Shown piece after piece: positions 12,641 to 27,414 of a stretch of DNA of 64,000 nt; position 1 is the first letter of the stretch; each line of letters starts with the position of its first letter. The position numbers and the translations under genes were made by a program. The stretch comes from Epiperipatus broadwayi (Eukaryota; Animalia; Onychophora), in assembly GCA_028023455.1 (NCBI GenBank), contig JAQFVV010000004.1:12896001-12960000 (forward strand). Reading direction: 5' to 3'. The notes beneath the pieces were generated by a model. The model had not been told where the DNA came from. It saw only the letters and a program-made list of their open reading frames with translations, and searched no databases.

Positions 12641-13499
12641 TTTAATATTCTAAGTAAACTAAAATATTGAATTGACAAAGTAGTTAAAGCATTCCAAATT
12701 AAATGACTTAATCACTCAAACTCTTAAAAACTTTTGAGCAAAGTAATTATAATCTTTTTGGATATTATTATTTATTTTTGATCAACCGCTTGATTTTGAT
12801 TAAACTATACTGCCATTAAGTCAGTAATGATTTTGTTACCTCTTTTTGTATATTTGTATGACAGCATATCCCAGAAGAAGAAAAAAACAGCAGATTAAAA
12901 CTTTTTATTTATTTTTGTTCTTTAATTACAATGTAAAACTTATATTTTAATTTGCCACATGTTGTTGGAGGTGAATTAATTCACTTTTGTAGTTAAAAAT
13001 ATTAAAAGTAATATTAAGTGAAATAGTGCTTAAAGCTAAATGGGATACTGATGTTTAAACCTCTTTAAACATGAAATAAATCTATCACTGTGATGCAGAC
13101 TAATAAATAGTCAATTATAACATTACAAACTACAGTACTTTTAAATGGCTCATGTATCAATATTTCATATTCTGTAGTCAAGTTGCAGTCTTTAAGTATC
13201 CATATATATTCAATGGACCATTAGTAAAAATGGATTTCCATTCTTGCTATTAAAAGGTGTGAAGGTTGCCTTGACAGCAGTGAGAGATATTGATTACTAT
13301 TTTTACTGTGAATGTTTAGGGGGTTACTGGTTGGTATCTAATTAAAAGTAATATAAATAATAGTGTTAAATAACATTGCTGAGACTGAAATAAAGTAGAT
13401 AATGGACATAAAGATCCATTTAGTGAACAAACCAGTAATCAAGGTCAAGAAAGCAAATTTAAAAAATGCCATTCTTGAAATATTCTCAAATTTTCTGTT

Positions 13500-13904
13500 C
13501 TATCGCATTTTATACGCATATTATCGAGGTTATAGCCTCAGTAAATATTACTTACGTAATCAATGTGTGTTTAATAAATTTATAATTACAACTTTAAATT
13601 ACTGTAATAGATTTCTAACTATAAAAAAAAAATTTCCATTGACTCATTGTAAATCGAAAGATTTCGCGAGTATTAATGTGTAATAAGAAATGTGGACTTA
13701 ATCAGTGATGTATTGAATAGCTTCACACTCGCAGATCTAACCGCTTCAGCTTCACCTATTTAAATAGAAAGTAGGTTGAAGTAAAGAAGGGTTCCCCTCT
13801 TTTCTTCCATAGCGTAAGCTTGTGGTTAAAACACCTGTAGAGGTCCCTACTATCGCATTTTATACGCATATTATCGAGGTTATAGCCTCAGTAAATATTA
13901 CTTA
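13500..13904. repeat. 350-bp-period unit bounded by an exact 55-bp direct repeat
   Basis: 13500-13554 is identical to 13850-13904; interior is comparatively CpG-rich. Confidence 0.75.
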
Positions 13905-14645
13905 TTCTTCAAAGTAAATATAATGTAACAATGGAAAATTCATTTGGCTTGAAAAAAATTATTAAAATCTTACAATAACTATTTACAATGTTTAAAATTT
14001 GAGGCCACATTATGTGAAGAAAATTATATACTGGAATACAATTGTACCCAATAAATCATTGATTAATTGATTAGCAAAGTAATTTTCAGAATCTTTCTTT
14101 TCTTCTTGATAGTATAATTTTGATATAGATCATAAATTTGATATAAAAATGTCAGTTCAATTAAAAAAGAAACTATCTGCAAGGAAAAATATTATGGTGA
14201 GACCATGATTTGACTGTGATAACTGCCAAAGAAATGACAATTCAAAAAAGTGATTGGATGTGTAAAGATGATACACGCATATCCAATGAATTGAGAGTTT
14301 GCTATATATATGCACACACATACTAAAGAAATTACTTGTAAAAATGTTTTATAATATTTGAAAATACAGTGGCTAAATTCTTTGATCTCACTTTGACAGT
14401 GATCGTTATATTGAATTCACCATTTTGAAGAGTCTTTCTTTATTGGATTGGTCATGTGAAGCAGATGAAGAATAACAGATTTTCTGAAAAAAGTATTTTA
14501 TGACTAGTGAATTTGGTTATACATTTGTATGATAAAGACCAAATTTACATTATTATAAATATTTTAAAGTCATTCTAAAAGATGTTGATTGCTGTCATTT
14601 GTAGTATGTAACTAAGCGTAGAATGCAATAGAGTGTTATAATTAA

Positions 14646-14861
14646 ACAAGGCAAAACTGTCCATATAGTAGTGCCACCCTGTACCAACCAGAGTACTCAG
14701 TGGATGCCAGAAGGCTTGTGCATAAAATCCCTATCTAGTAGGTACTCATCCAATATCCCCAGACTCTGGTTGGCACAGGGTGGCACTACTGTATGGAGAG
14801 TTTTGCCTTTTTTTAATAACAATTATGTGCTAGTATAGGAGATGGTGATCATGTGATGTTT
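14646..14861. mobile_element. Family A fold-back copy with 14-bp TSD
   Basis: Inverted arms ~14648-14695 / ~14763-14810, tail to 14861; agtgttataattaa at 14632-14645 and 14862-14875. Confidence 0.8.
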
Positions 14862-16769
14862 AGTGTTATAATTAAGTAGTTTGGGAATTCCAGAAAGGAA
14901 AGTTTGCTGCAGAAGAGATTAAAAAGACAATTAAATAGTCTAATGGACTACTAATATTTGAGTTATGTGGCTTACTGATTGTTTTGTATAATCATCGCAA
15001 AAGTCATTTTTGACTTTTCTTTTGGTTTTGTCCTTCTCTTTTTATATTCTGGGGATTAGGATTGATGTAGTCATTTATAAAGGGTTATTAGTGATGATGA
15101 TATATACATAAGGGAAGAATTTGTAGATAACATTAGCAAATATCTAAACAATTAGTTTAAAAAATAAAATTAAACATTGATATGTAATAATACTCTTAAA
15201 ATTATAATTTGCCCAATAAAACTAGAAAATTTAACCAATGATGCAATAAAGGCTGTCAGTTCAAGTATTATAATTATATTGATAAAATGCATTATTTTTC
15301 TTATCGCTTGGTCACATATGCATAGCATTGTCAATTTGAAAAAGGAAGTAGTAACAATGGATATTACTCAATAATTTAATAACTCGGAATGTAATTAGTT
15401 TTCACAAGAAAAAGTGGGATATCTAAAATATTCATTGTGAATACTAACTGGGAAAAAATAGTACTAAAATTAAATGTAATTATTTGTGCAATGTGCTATG
15501 GAAACAGCAATAATGATCAAATATGGAGAAAATAAAAAATTTTTGTATATGTTGTTTTACAATACTGTGCATGTAAAAAATGTAAAAGGAAAAAGAAACT
15601 AGAAAAGAGATTTGACTTATTAGAAATTTTTAAAAAAATCATATAATCTATTAGAGCATTGTTTATCTGCCACCTAGTTATGACTAAGTGCAATAATTAT
15701 TATTTGTGTTGTACTTTGGGTTTTTTAAAGAAAAAATATAACTTTTTTTTTTGACTATGCAATCATTTATGAAAAAAAAAAAAACGTTGACAATTAGGAC
15801 ATGATATTCTCTCTAGAAACTTTTATTTGTTTGTAAATGTTAAGGTTAATGACAACTTAACTTTGTTCTAATCAAAATGGAGTATTTTATTTTTTTGCTA
15901 TTGTAATAAGGAATACCATTATATATTATAGTTTCTTTTTTCTTTATCTATTCATTTGTTAAAAATAATTCACAATACATTTTGTAAGAAGATGATAATA
16001 TTTGAAAGTATTAATTTATTTGTAACAAGTTTTTGCAAATTATAAACTATTTCTAATTATTTTTAATTACAATGTATATTATTTCTCTCTCTTCTTTTTT
16101 TTCTTATGGTTTTAATTAAATTTCTATAACAGTACAGATTACTTAGAACAAAGGTCCCTGTTTTGTTTTGTGAAAAAAATTGCATCAAAACATTTTTAAT
16201 AAATAGATCTGAGAAAATGTTTGGGTAAATGTAATTGGCAATGCATAGTGTAGTATCTGTTACCTAAAACCCAAAATAAATAACATATATAGTTTATTAC
16301 CTATAGCTATAATTTGTTTCCCTGTTTAATAAATAATCAAATTAATGCAATATGTGTAGATATTACAGTTTGGTAATATTCTAAGAATGATTATTGATCA
16401 AAGAAAAAATGATGACTTGCAATAGAATAAATATACTCTCTAATCGTAGTAAATGTATTTTTGAACAGCTGAAAAAACAATTTATAATAGGTCATCTGGA
16501 ATAATACTACATATGATTTTCTGGAATTGGTATGATTTGATTATATCTAATAATAATAGTTACAATTAGTGGAGAATTGAACCCGGACTTTCAAGCTCCT
16601 TTCAGTCATCTATTTCGATATAGCTCAGAAAATAAATGGTGCTGCTACTTGCAGTGCATGTTATAACGACAGTCTGTAAGGTGAATAATATAGTAGGATA
16701 TGGTTATGAACCAAACAAAAACTTTCCATCAGTTTATGTATTAAAAATTGGATGAAGGTATTATAAGTA

Positions 16770-17290
16770 TTGATAATTACTTTGATAGTAAGGATTAGAA
16801 CGTAGAATATTGATTTTTATTAATAAAAAGCAGAGCATTAGGAAGATGGAGAGCAAATATGAAAAGCAGTCTTTGTATATATATATACGCACACACACAA
16901 AGAAGCAGATTGTCTGGCATGAGTCATTTTATATTAGTAAGGAAAGTTGTCTATTCTTTAAAGTTTAAACAATGGTATTGATATTAAAAGAATAAATGGA
17001 ATAACTAGGGAAGTTTATTTGGCAAACTATGTGAGGAAAATATCAATCCTTAATTATAACTGTTAATTTATATTTTATAATCAGAAAGAATGGAATTAAA
17101 GTATAATTTAATTGAACATATCAAAAATGGGTGTTTAGCTTTTATTTTTGACATTCGATTTATAATAAGGAGGATTTTAAAACTAAAGTTAGTGAATGGA
17201 TTAAAAAACATGCTATGAAATAAGATAGAAAATAAATAGATTTGCAGTTTTAGAGATTAGTTGGGTTAGCTATAAAGTGAGACATGTTAT
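16770..17290 (+). mobile_element. degenerate 3' fragment of the 10948-type LINE family
   Basis: Nucleotide similarity to ~12100-12500 (e.g. agtaaggaaagttgtctattctttaaag vs agtaaggaaagtagtttattgtttaagg). Confidence 0.5.
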
Positions 17291-17400
17291 ATTAATATAA
17301 TAATTGTTGTTAAATAACATTTATGTATTATTTATTTAATAATTAAAAAATATATACATGTAGTGATAGATAGATACATATTGATAATTTGTTATTCATG

Positions 17401-17507
17401 TTTTTTTTTTCTCTCATGTGTCATAGCATCAGCCGGGAAGCAAACCTGCTAACCCGGAACAACTGCTTGTAAAGCAGTTGTCACTGACCTCTCAACCACC
17501 AATGCTT
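17401..17507 (-). mobile_element. tRNA-shaped SINE, TAC-loop subfamily, with ~15-bp TSD
   Basis: ttgttattcatgttt at 17389-17403 and 17506-17520; A tail; perfect anticodon-like stem ACTGC-TTTACAA-GCAGT. Confidence 0.8.
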
Positions 17508-17649
17508 GTTATTCATGTTTTAGTAGTTATTTTATTAATATCATAATCTTAAAGAAAAGATACTACTATAGAAAGAGATAAGAATATATTTTGGGTATTT
17601 ATATGATTATGGAATATTGGTTAATGTATGGAAGTAAAGTTAAATGAAG

Positions 17650-18118
17650 CTATCTTTTTGGCACTTATAAAAACAAAACTTGTTTAGAGCTATTGGTAAA
17701 GCTTCATCTAGTGATCATAAAATGCAAGCTTAAAAACAAGTTACGAAATTTATAACTACCTACTTTTGAACGTTTTTGCAATGCTATATATTGCGGAGGC
17801 TATTACTATATGGTGAAACTGAGCTGAATTCATACCCATATAGCTATCTCGTTTGTCAAGCTGGATTTGTTGACATTTATGTGACTGATAATTTCATGCT
17901 TTCAAATTGATAGAAAAGTGTTTTATAAATGCTGACTTTTGAATTGGTATTTTAGTTCTAATTTCTAGTCTCCCAGCCTCCACTGACATGAGCCATAAGC
18001 TCGAAACCAGCTGGTAGGAGGTGGGGATAACATAGAGATTTTAAATTCTATCTCTTTTGGCACTTATAAAAACAAAGCTTGTTTAGAGCTATTGGTAAAG
18101 CTCCATCTAGTGATCATA
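17650..18118 (+). mobile_element. 398-bp-period partial tandem pLTR/retrozyme-like unit with decayed HHR
   Basis: ~70-bp direct repeats 17650-17719 / 18048-18118; CCTCCA-CTGAC.AT-GAGC CATAA GCTC-GAAACCAGCTGGTA-GGAGG at ~17976-18022 (G8 missing). Confidence 0.6.
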
Positions 18119-18129
18119 TATACATATGA

Positions 18130-19280
18130 TTGAAGTTAATTGATAATAGTGGAGGGGATATGTATAAAAAATAAGAATATAAAAGTTTATTAATGTGTGA
18201 TTTTAGAATAGTCATAAGAAAAAGCAGTTGGATAAATGGTAGCCTATTGAATTTGCAATATAAAGTAAGGAAGTAGAATTAATGGGTAGTGGGTAGTTTG
18301 AGAATGTAGTAATACTAATGTTAGTGAATGTCTATTTGGGAAGAATAAATAAATAGGGAAGGAAAAAAGTGGATGTGAATAGCTATTATAATGAAGAGTT
18401 TAATGGACATTATTCAAAATATTTTGAATGTATGTGATATAAAATGATCAAGAAAGATAGAAAATATGCATTGGAAATATTAGAAAGGGAGTGAAGGCTA
18501 TAATAAAATATGGCAGTATTTTAAAAAAGAGATTAATATATTTAAAAGAGAGTGAATGTTTTATTATTTTGATTGATTTTAATGTATTTATAGAAGAAAA
18601 AATAATAAAGGGAAAAGTTAACTGTAATTATAGATTATGTATCAATAAATTAAATTAAGAAATGAAAAAATTAAATTATATGATGTAGAAGAAAAGATAG
18701 GGGATGGAGATTATAATTTTATTGAAATTGGAGATAGCTTGTTTTAAATACTAGAAATAAGTGAATTTACAGGAAAAAATGGATATCAAATAAAAAAACA
18801 AATACTTTTTTTTTTTTTTGAGAATTGTAGAGAATGTTGTGAATAAGAAGAGAGTAATCAGTTATGATGCTTGTTGTTAAACAATCATATCAGACTATAG
18901 AGAAATAAGGAAAACAAATAACTATTAGGTAAAGGATTAAATGGAATACATAGGTGATTGTAATAGCAAGGATAAGAAAGCAAGTGTCTGGGGTCAAAAT
19001 GATATAAATCAAATGTAGAAAGTTATTACTAAGAGATAAAATTAAAAATTAGAAAGACATAAAGAATTATTAATAGAAAATGTGCAAAAGAAATTTTGAA
19101 AAAAGAAAAGAAGGGAGTAAGAAATTAAGGAGGCATGTAAAAGTGAATTAAAATAAAAAGAATTTATATTATACAAAGATGGGGAAAAAGTTGAGGAGTT
19201 GAGAATGAACTATTAGGGAAGAGTCATGCTATAGTAAAAGATTGATACTATAAAGTGAGAAGGCATGAAGTATACATTGT
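18130..19280 (+). mobile_element. heavily decayed LINE endonuclease-side fragment
   Basis: Purine-rich, LINE-like composition with vestigial VNVYLG / DFN-like codons; no open frame. Confidence 0.4.
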
Positions 19281-20329
19281 ATAACAAAAGAGATGATGAA
19301 AGTGATGAGTATATTTTAAGACTGAAAAATTACAAGAGTAATATTAATTTTTTTAAAAAATATATCAAAAACTTCTTTCACTCCATTTTTAAATTGTATT
19401 TTATTATGAAACATATAATTTTTTTCAGAAATTTTCTACCATACATTTCTGTCATATGTTATAGCCTTTATCAAGGATTCTATATTAATAAATATTTGGA
19501 TATAAGTTTGTAACTTTCTATTTCATTTACTAGCACAGTGTTTGTATGTAATTTTCATCAGACGGGATTTGCACCTTATACACACGCACTGTAATGTTGT
19601 TTTAATACCTCAATGATGTTTTGTTGGATACAAATGATACTCTCAAACCTGAGCACAAGTTAAAAACTTTGAAAAGATAAGACCGGCTGATTTATCTTTC
19701 TACCTAAATCCACTTATATTGGCCGATCTAAAGTGTCTTGGAATGAGAGTGTGAAGTTCTTCCATTAATTACTTTACATCCATTAAAAAATATATAATCT
19801 TGATAAAAATTAAACAAAATGAAATTTGTATGTTACTAATATAAAATACATAATATTAAGAAATAATATATCTTCACAATAACATAATATACATAGTGAA
19901 GTTTAATTTTTATGCTTCATTAAGAATGTATTTTTCTTGTTTTATAAAATATAATCTAGCCACATTATAAAAAAAAAAAAAAACTTAGTGATATAGATTA
20001 TTAGATTTAAGCAGCATTAATTTAATTAATAGATTTAAACAGATATTAAAATTACTAAAAAGATATAACAAAAAAAAAAAATTCTAACAATATTCCAAGA
20101 GATATTTTTTTAAAAAGTAGAGTATATGAAAGTGATTAATGCAAAATAAGATAGAAAAATGACCAAGGAAAATATATGTTTAATGAAGCATAAGAAAACT
20201 AAAGGTTAATATGCCCCTATTTTATGGTAGTAATGGATCATTCCATAAAATATATATTTCAATATATTTACAAAATTTATATTTTTCATTTTTATCACTC
20301 ATATATTATTATTATTATTATATTTTCAG

Positions 20330-20740
20330 ATATTTAATAGTATGCAAAAAGATCATAAAATATGATTAAAAAGTAGTGTAGGGAATTTTTGTAAAATGGT
20401 ATATGATTTATATTGAAGCAAGTTTTCAAAGGAAGGATTTTTTGATATCTTATTTATTAATGGGTGAATCATTTTGTAAAAAAGAAAATGAATCGGAAAT
20501 TTTTATTAATTTATTAATAGAGGTTATATGATTATAATACTTTTTGCATGTAAAAATCCTTAATCATAGATCTATGATATTTTTTAATATAGTGTAGATA
20601 ATTATTAACCATAGATTTGTGCACTGGATGTTTTTAGGAGAAATGCAAAATAATTTTAGAAATGAGAAGAGGGTGGACAGATAATTAATAGCTTTTTTAA
20701 AAAAGATATTAAAAAAGGTTATAATGTTTAAAGTAATGAA
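20330..20740 (+). mobile_element. degenerate 3' fragment of the 10948-type LINE family
   Basis: atgggtgaatcattttgtaaa resembles atgggtgatttattttgtaaa at ~12270. Confidence 0.45.
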
Positions 20741-23101
20741 TTAAATGTATCCCCCCTCCCCCATTTGATTTGTTAATAAAAGATTTGAAAATAATCAAAA
20801 TTAGATCATTTTGCCTGTTATAGTGAGTAGGATATCCTTAAGCTGATTATGATTTGGTTTTGTAAATAACTTAATGAAACTGATTAACTCATCTATATTG
20901 ATATTATTTAAGAATAAGATCCCTTTATTATAATCCAAAATAAGATTAATTGTGGTAGTGCTTTATGATTCTTAGAAACGTACCTCATTTTTATTCTAAC
21001 CACTCCATGCTAAACCATAGACATTGCGAAGTTGTTATAATAAAAAGTTCAGGACTACCATCATTTCAGATATATTTATGATTTGTTTCTCTCTCTTCAA
21101 AGAAGCATTTCCATGTTCTTAAATATTCAAATGCAAAAATGGTACTAAATTGAATATGTTTTTTTTTTTAAATGTGTATAAATAAGTCCAATAAAAATTT
21201 TATATTTATATTTTTTGCGCCCTCTATTAACTTATTAAGAAAATAAAGTCTAATTGTTATATTTATAAGTCAAATTCTGAATTTTAAATTATGACAATCC
21301 AAAGCTTAAGTGTGTTAAGTCCTAAACATCACCTGATTTTAATTGATTATTTTAAAATAAGAAAGATAAAATACATGCAATTATTAAATATAATCCTCAT
21401 TATAGTCAGTAAATATTCATATAATTATACTCCAATTAAGCAGAAAATATAATTTCATGTTTTTAAAAATAAACCTAACTTTTAACATATATATTTAAAG
21501 AATATTATATTTCATGAAATTTGCAATTATAACTGTACCACCTTTTATATAATTAATATTTATTATATAATTGTTTATGTTATATGTATATTTAATTCAA
21601 TTGGTGAAGTTTAAATCAAATGGAATTAAATTCTTACTTAATTAGAATTTTTAGCTTATGTGCATATCAAATGTGAAAATGCAACACAATAATAATTTCA
21701 TTAAGTCAATTATAGCTTTTTTGCTAATATATATATATCAAATCACCTTAAACATTAAGAAATCTTCAGCTACACCTTCTGTTTGCAGATTCTCATATAT
21801 TTATTCACAGAGGGCATAACTGAAAATTTCTTAAAGTTTGAAGTAATTTGATGATATTTATTTCAGAGTAATGGTATGTGCACTGGGATTATTTTCATAT
21901 ATATATTTGTTTATTGTGGTTAGCTCCTGTGTGTGTGTATACAGTGTTGGAGTTGGTAGTCTTCCTTTTATGAATATGTATGCTGACATTTTTTTTTTGT
22001 TTAAACCATTTAGCTGATTTTATAATTTGCTTTAAGTTGGAATTTAGACTGATCTATATTCTTTGAAATGCCATGACAAAAACATGATTATCATCATTAT
22101 ATTTATTGCAAAGTTGTTAGAAATTTGAAATACTAAGGGAGTCCTCATTTACATTCAGATGATTTTATTCTTAAAGTAAACGAAATTTTTGAAATTCTAG
22201 ACTCCCGGCCAATACTTTGACACTTGAGAAAAATATATATATCAATTGGATGAATATATTATTCCTCCAATGATCTCAAATCATTTCTTATAATAAATCA
22301 GATATGTACATCATACACTATTTTTGGACTGACTCCATAGATACAATCAAGTATGCTGTTAGATTTGTGTTGGATGTAAGATTTTCATTATTTAAATAAT
22401 ATGGACTCTTTTTTAAATGACAAACAAACGAGTTTATTTTCATTAAAGTAACAAAATTGAGTAACATAATAATATTTTCAGTGTCATTTCAGGAAGCTGA
22501 ATAAGATATAGGAAAATATAAGAAATATTTCTTTTACCATGAGTTCATGGTTTACCATAAGCTTATTTCACGTGTCTCTTATGATGAGAATAATTTAACT
22601 CAGTCTTAAGTATTCTTTCTTAAGTGATGCCTAATGAAGTATACTAATTACATAATGTTATGCCTCGAATCTTGACCAACTATTATTACTCATTTATTAG
22701 TGTAAATGTGGAATACTATTAAGAAACATAAATTATTCATTTAATCATATATATAATTCATTGTCTGTGTTTTGCGTAATTGTGAATGTATGTTTCACAT
22801 AGTCATGGGTAAATTAAAATAAGTGGAGTATGATTTTATTAAACAGGTAGGTCTAAAAACACTGGTTATTTAATATTTACATAGATTGTATTGGTGACTA
22901 TTATTGCTATAGAAAGGAAATTTACTGTAATGGAGAAAGATACATGAACGACTGTTTTAAGTATCTCATCATGACATTTTATTTGAGTGCTGTCAGGTTC
23001 CGGAGGAAAGTGGATCTTAAATGTCAATTTTTTTTTCATTTTAACTATTAGTAAGTTTCTGAACATAAATACAATGGATAGCATCGATAAATTATAAATA
23101 C

Positions 23102-25958
23102 TGTACCAGTCGGTTTTGTCTGTTCATATAACAAGATCTAGCATCTAGGCAAAAGTACCTCGAGTCCAATCATGTGCAAGATACATAAGTCAGAAACACT
23201 CATGAATTCTGCCCTATTTGCCCATTTTCCAGATCTACCAACTTATGAGCAACAATCCCGATGATACCAGTCTAATTTATCTCTCTCCACCGGCATCGCA
23301 AAGCGGAGACACAAAGAGACTCTAATTGGAAATAAATGATAGTGAAATCTTTTAGTATAAAATGCATAAGTTTGATACATTTAAAGATCATGCCCTTTCA
23401 TGGTAATTACATATATAGATTTAGCGGGAGATCGTCTAGTCAGAGCAAGTATAATTTATTAATCAAAATATTAATATTTTAAATAAAAGAAACAATGATT
23501 CTGCAAGTTATGATATATATAAGATTTATTACTTTAAATAAAATACGAATGAGTTATTATATTTCTCCGTTAGTCTTCACTGGCCTCTTTATATTATATA
23601 ACACGGGATTTACTTTTATAATTTAAGAAGTTACAAATATATTCATTACTTTATTATTTTTGTTGTGGTTGATTTATAGGCCAATAATTGATAAACAATA
23701 ATATCTGAAAATACACTTTTAATAGCACTATCCGAGTATGTAAATGAATCTTAAATCCATCCCTAGAAAGAAAAACAAATTATAGCACTTGACTGAATGT
23801 TTAGAATTAGCAACTTTATTATAAAAATACACTTTACATGAATAAGTGAACTACTCTCAGTTTATACTGAATAAGAAATGTGTGTGGGAGGGTTAATTTA
23901 AGATATATATATATAATTGCGTCGCAAAATGGCGCATACATGAAAATATTAATAAATATTATGAAGAAATCTGCCTAGTAGAATCATAACATTACGGCTT
24001 ATGGATATTCATAGGTTTTACTTGGAACTAGAACAAAAATGGTGGTGCATGCATGGTGGCGTAGTTGTGCGATCCAGTTGCTGATCAAGAAAGTGCTTCC
24101 GAAAATTCAAATGACTGATTTATGTCTGCAGACTTTGGCAGAATCGGCTAATTAACAAAGAACAGTCTGCTGTGAGTTGCAATAGGCTGGGCTTTTCCCA
24201 GAGTGCTCCTATGCAGTTGGCTCAAGTGACAAAAGTAAGTCCCCAGGGAGTTTAAGAGCCTGGTTCTTGGACTTGGGGAGATATGAGACGAGGTTCAGTT
24301 TTTCCGATATGCCCGGGCAACGAAGCACAATATATATAATGAACGAAGAGGCCGGTATGCATGCAATGCTTGGAACAACTCATATATAACTTTAAACAAA
24401 TACTTAAATATTAATTAATACCTATATATTATAGAATCTCCCACATAATGGTATGATTTAAAATATTAAACAATAAAGGAGGGCTTAAATTCATTAATAA
24501 AATGACAAAATATTGAAATAGAAATCCCCTTCCCCTGTTAAATTAATTTATATATAAAACTTCCCACAAACGTTAAAACAAACATGAAAATTCAGTTCTA
24601 AGTGCTTTGATGATATATTATACATCAATATCTATATAAGAGTTAGGTAGTGGTTATTGATTTCATAAAATAAAATATTGATTTAATTTCACGTAAAACA
24701 GATTTGAACTTTTAGAATTAACACTATTATTTTAAAGAGAGAAAAAAAAAATTTCTTAGAAAAACAATTTCTACTCTGTTTTTCGATAAATACACTATAA
24801 TATAATTAAGTTTTTTTTTTTTTTTCAAATCTGCAAGGGTCTGCTGTAATTGAAATAACAAACACGTTTATATTAAAAGAAACTAAACTGATCTCCCCAT
24901 GAAAAGAAAGGTGGCGATTTAAAAGAGAGAGTGAACATTCTGGCAAATTTAGAAAATTATTGGCACATTATTTAAAATACAAACTATAAAAAACATAATA
25001 ATCAAAATACGAAATATTTGTTGCCACATGAAAGTGAAATAAGAAATTAGAAGTACTTACTAGAGGCTCAATGATAGGAGAAATATTAAGAGAGTTGAAT
25101 ACATTTTAACAATAAGGTAAGATTTTACAAATTATTTAGTTGATAATGAATTTCTGATTAGCTAAAAAGATTACATTATATTTAAAAGAATAGTTAGACA
25201 AGAAATATAGTTTTAAATTGAGGTTATACACGTAACTTTATGAGTTATAGCAGCAACATGGATTTGTTACCTTGTTCAGTATTGATGGCGATTCATTAAT
25301 AATTTGAAAGTCGTCTTTTGTAGACTAGATCTAGTTTTGTTCAGTTTAGTCAGGCAGGTAGCACTTTCTTTATTTAGTGTATAGGTACATCGCAATAGTT
25401 CATGAGATCTTGATCCTGGGCAGTGTAGGGAAAGATGGCATTCTGGAACAGTGAGAAAAGGTGAAGTTTTTACCTACTCATGATGCATTGAGTTAAAGGC
25501 ACAACAAGTGTGGATTTTGTTGGCCATTGGTCTTCTCAAATTATTTGCTCTCCCCGGGTGTGATATTTGAAACTGTTCTGAATGCTTTTAGCTGGTTCAC
25601 CTAAGGCAATTTATCTACGTTATCGATCTGAAAGTTGCATACCTTTGTTGCTATAAGTTTTAAAGACAATGCAATCATACTAAGAATTTCTCGAATGATT
25701 GTTTTAAAATATAATCTGAGATTTTAAAACAAATTAGAAGTGGATAAAATTTCCACTAATGGATCTTACATTACTTTTATAAAATTATAACATTTAATTC
25801 GGACTAATGGACTTCCGGTTAATTGATTTAATTGCATTCGAGAATATTCAACAGGATTGCATCACCTTTTCTTTTCTGACCGCCATTACTAAAATAAATA
25901 ATAAAATTTTACATGAATTTTAGAAATACAAATTATTATTGAATATTTTAATATTACA
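23102..25958. mobile_element. ~2.9-kb non-coding LTR-like element (copy A)
   Basis: Starts TGTAC, tentative end TTACA, near-match 5-bp flanks aatac/aatgc; shares colinear motifs with 36265-38963. Confidence 0.35.
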
Positions 25959-27414
25959 AATGCTTTATACATAATCTCCCCTTACCTATGATATATATGT
26001 ATTATTATGCATATATACAAATAAAATAATATAAAATATTTATTCATTTAAGATATTTAAATTAAGACATATATATATATTTACATCAGTGATTATCAAA
26101 TGATTGATTAAGCAAAAAAAAAAAATGTATTAATAAATGCGTATATGTGTGTAAGGATGGAGTTTGAGTATGCTTTGGTGGTGGGAGATTCTGAGTGGGC
26201 TGTGAAGCTCTATCTGAGTATATCATATTGAGTGCTTCAGTACTAAGCCATTTACTTATCTTCCCACCTTCTTTAATGACTACCAATAAATATTTATTAT
26301 CTTAACAAATCAAGAAATCATGACACTTTCCTGCTAGTTATGCCTTTGAAGTTTAATGAACACAAGTGTCTGATTAAAATGTAAACACTTCTTTTATTAG
26401 TAAGTATAAATACATATTGTATAACATATTTTACTATCAATTTGAATAACCTCACTTAATTATTATTAAGTTACATCACTGTTATATGATGCTTATAATA
26501 GATTGGTTTTTGTTCTTAAATTCCAGTTTATAGTGACATAAGTTTCTTTGCCAACATGTCTAATCCAATTAATTTTTTCACCTATAATATTAACAAATTG
26601 TAATAATATTAAATTACTTTGATAAAGGAGTAATATCTATCTTTAATAATTGACTTGGTGCATATTTTTAAATTGGGATCTATTAATTTACTCTTATGAT
26701 GATGTAAACGTAATTGCACACTACTGCTGATGAGAACAAATATATTTTGTTTCATTATGTGAGTGTTTTCTCTATCTTGTATCTCATAACTAATAAATTA
26801 TTCAAGCATATCAGATCTCAAGTGTAAATAAATTTGTGAAATATGATTGCTTTAATTATGTACATAAATAATATTTAATTTATAAAGCGCAAACAGTATT
26901 TGAAATTAAACCGAGAGGCTGCAAACCTCTCACGCTTATTAGCCAATCAGGTGTTATTAATAGCGATAAAATCGTAAATACAAGACAGAGAATTTAACAA
27001 GAAGAGGGCGTCCACCCTCCACTTTACTTGTACTTAGTTTTAAATACACATTCCATAACTCATTATCTTCCATTTCTTATCAAATATAAATATAGAGCTA
27101 TTACCAATTAAAATTAGAAATGTTTCATTTTTTATAAATGTATGTGTATTTATAAGCATTCTATTTATAAACTAAAAGTTGGATTTCCTTCTCATCTTGA
27201 ACTTCTATATATTTTAAATCTTCAGAACTCTATGTTACTTTTTAACTTTCAATAAGGCTTGGATGCAGAATAATCATCTGCAAGCATAGTGTGTACTTCA
27301 ATTTTTATCTAATTATCATATGGTCTAATCTCAATAACAGGGATAAGCTATCTGGAAACACACAACACTTTGTAATGGCATCTTCTTAGTCATCAGTGTT
27401 TTCATTGGCTGGTC

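Noticed and set aside
798-26740. Other isolated CTGATGA/CTGAAGA hits (e.g. 798, 2974, 9568, 19556, 26728)
   Set aside because: No correctly placed GAAA plus paired stems; expected by chance in AT-rich DNA.
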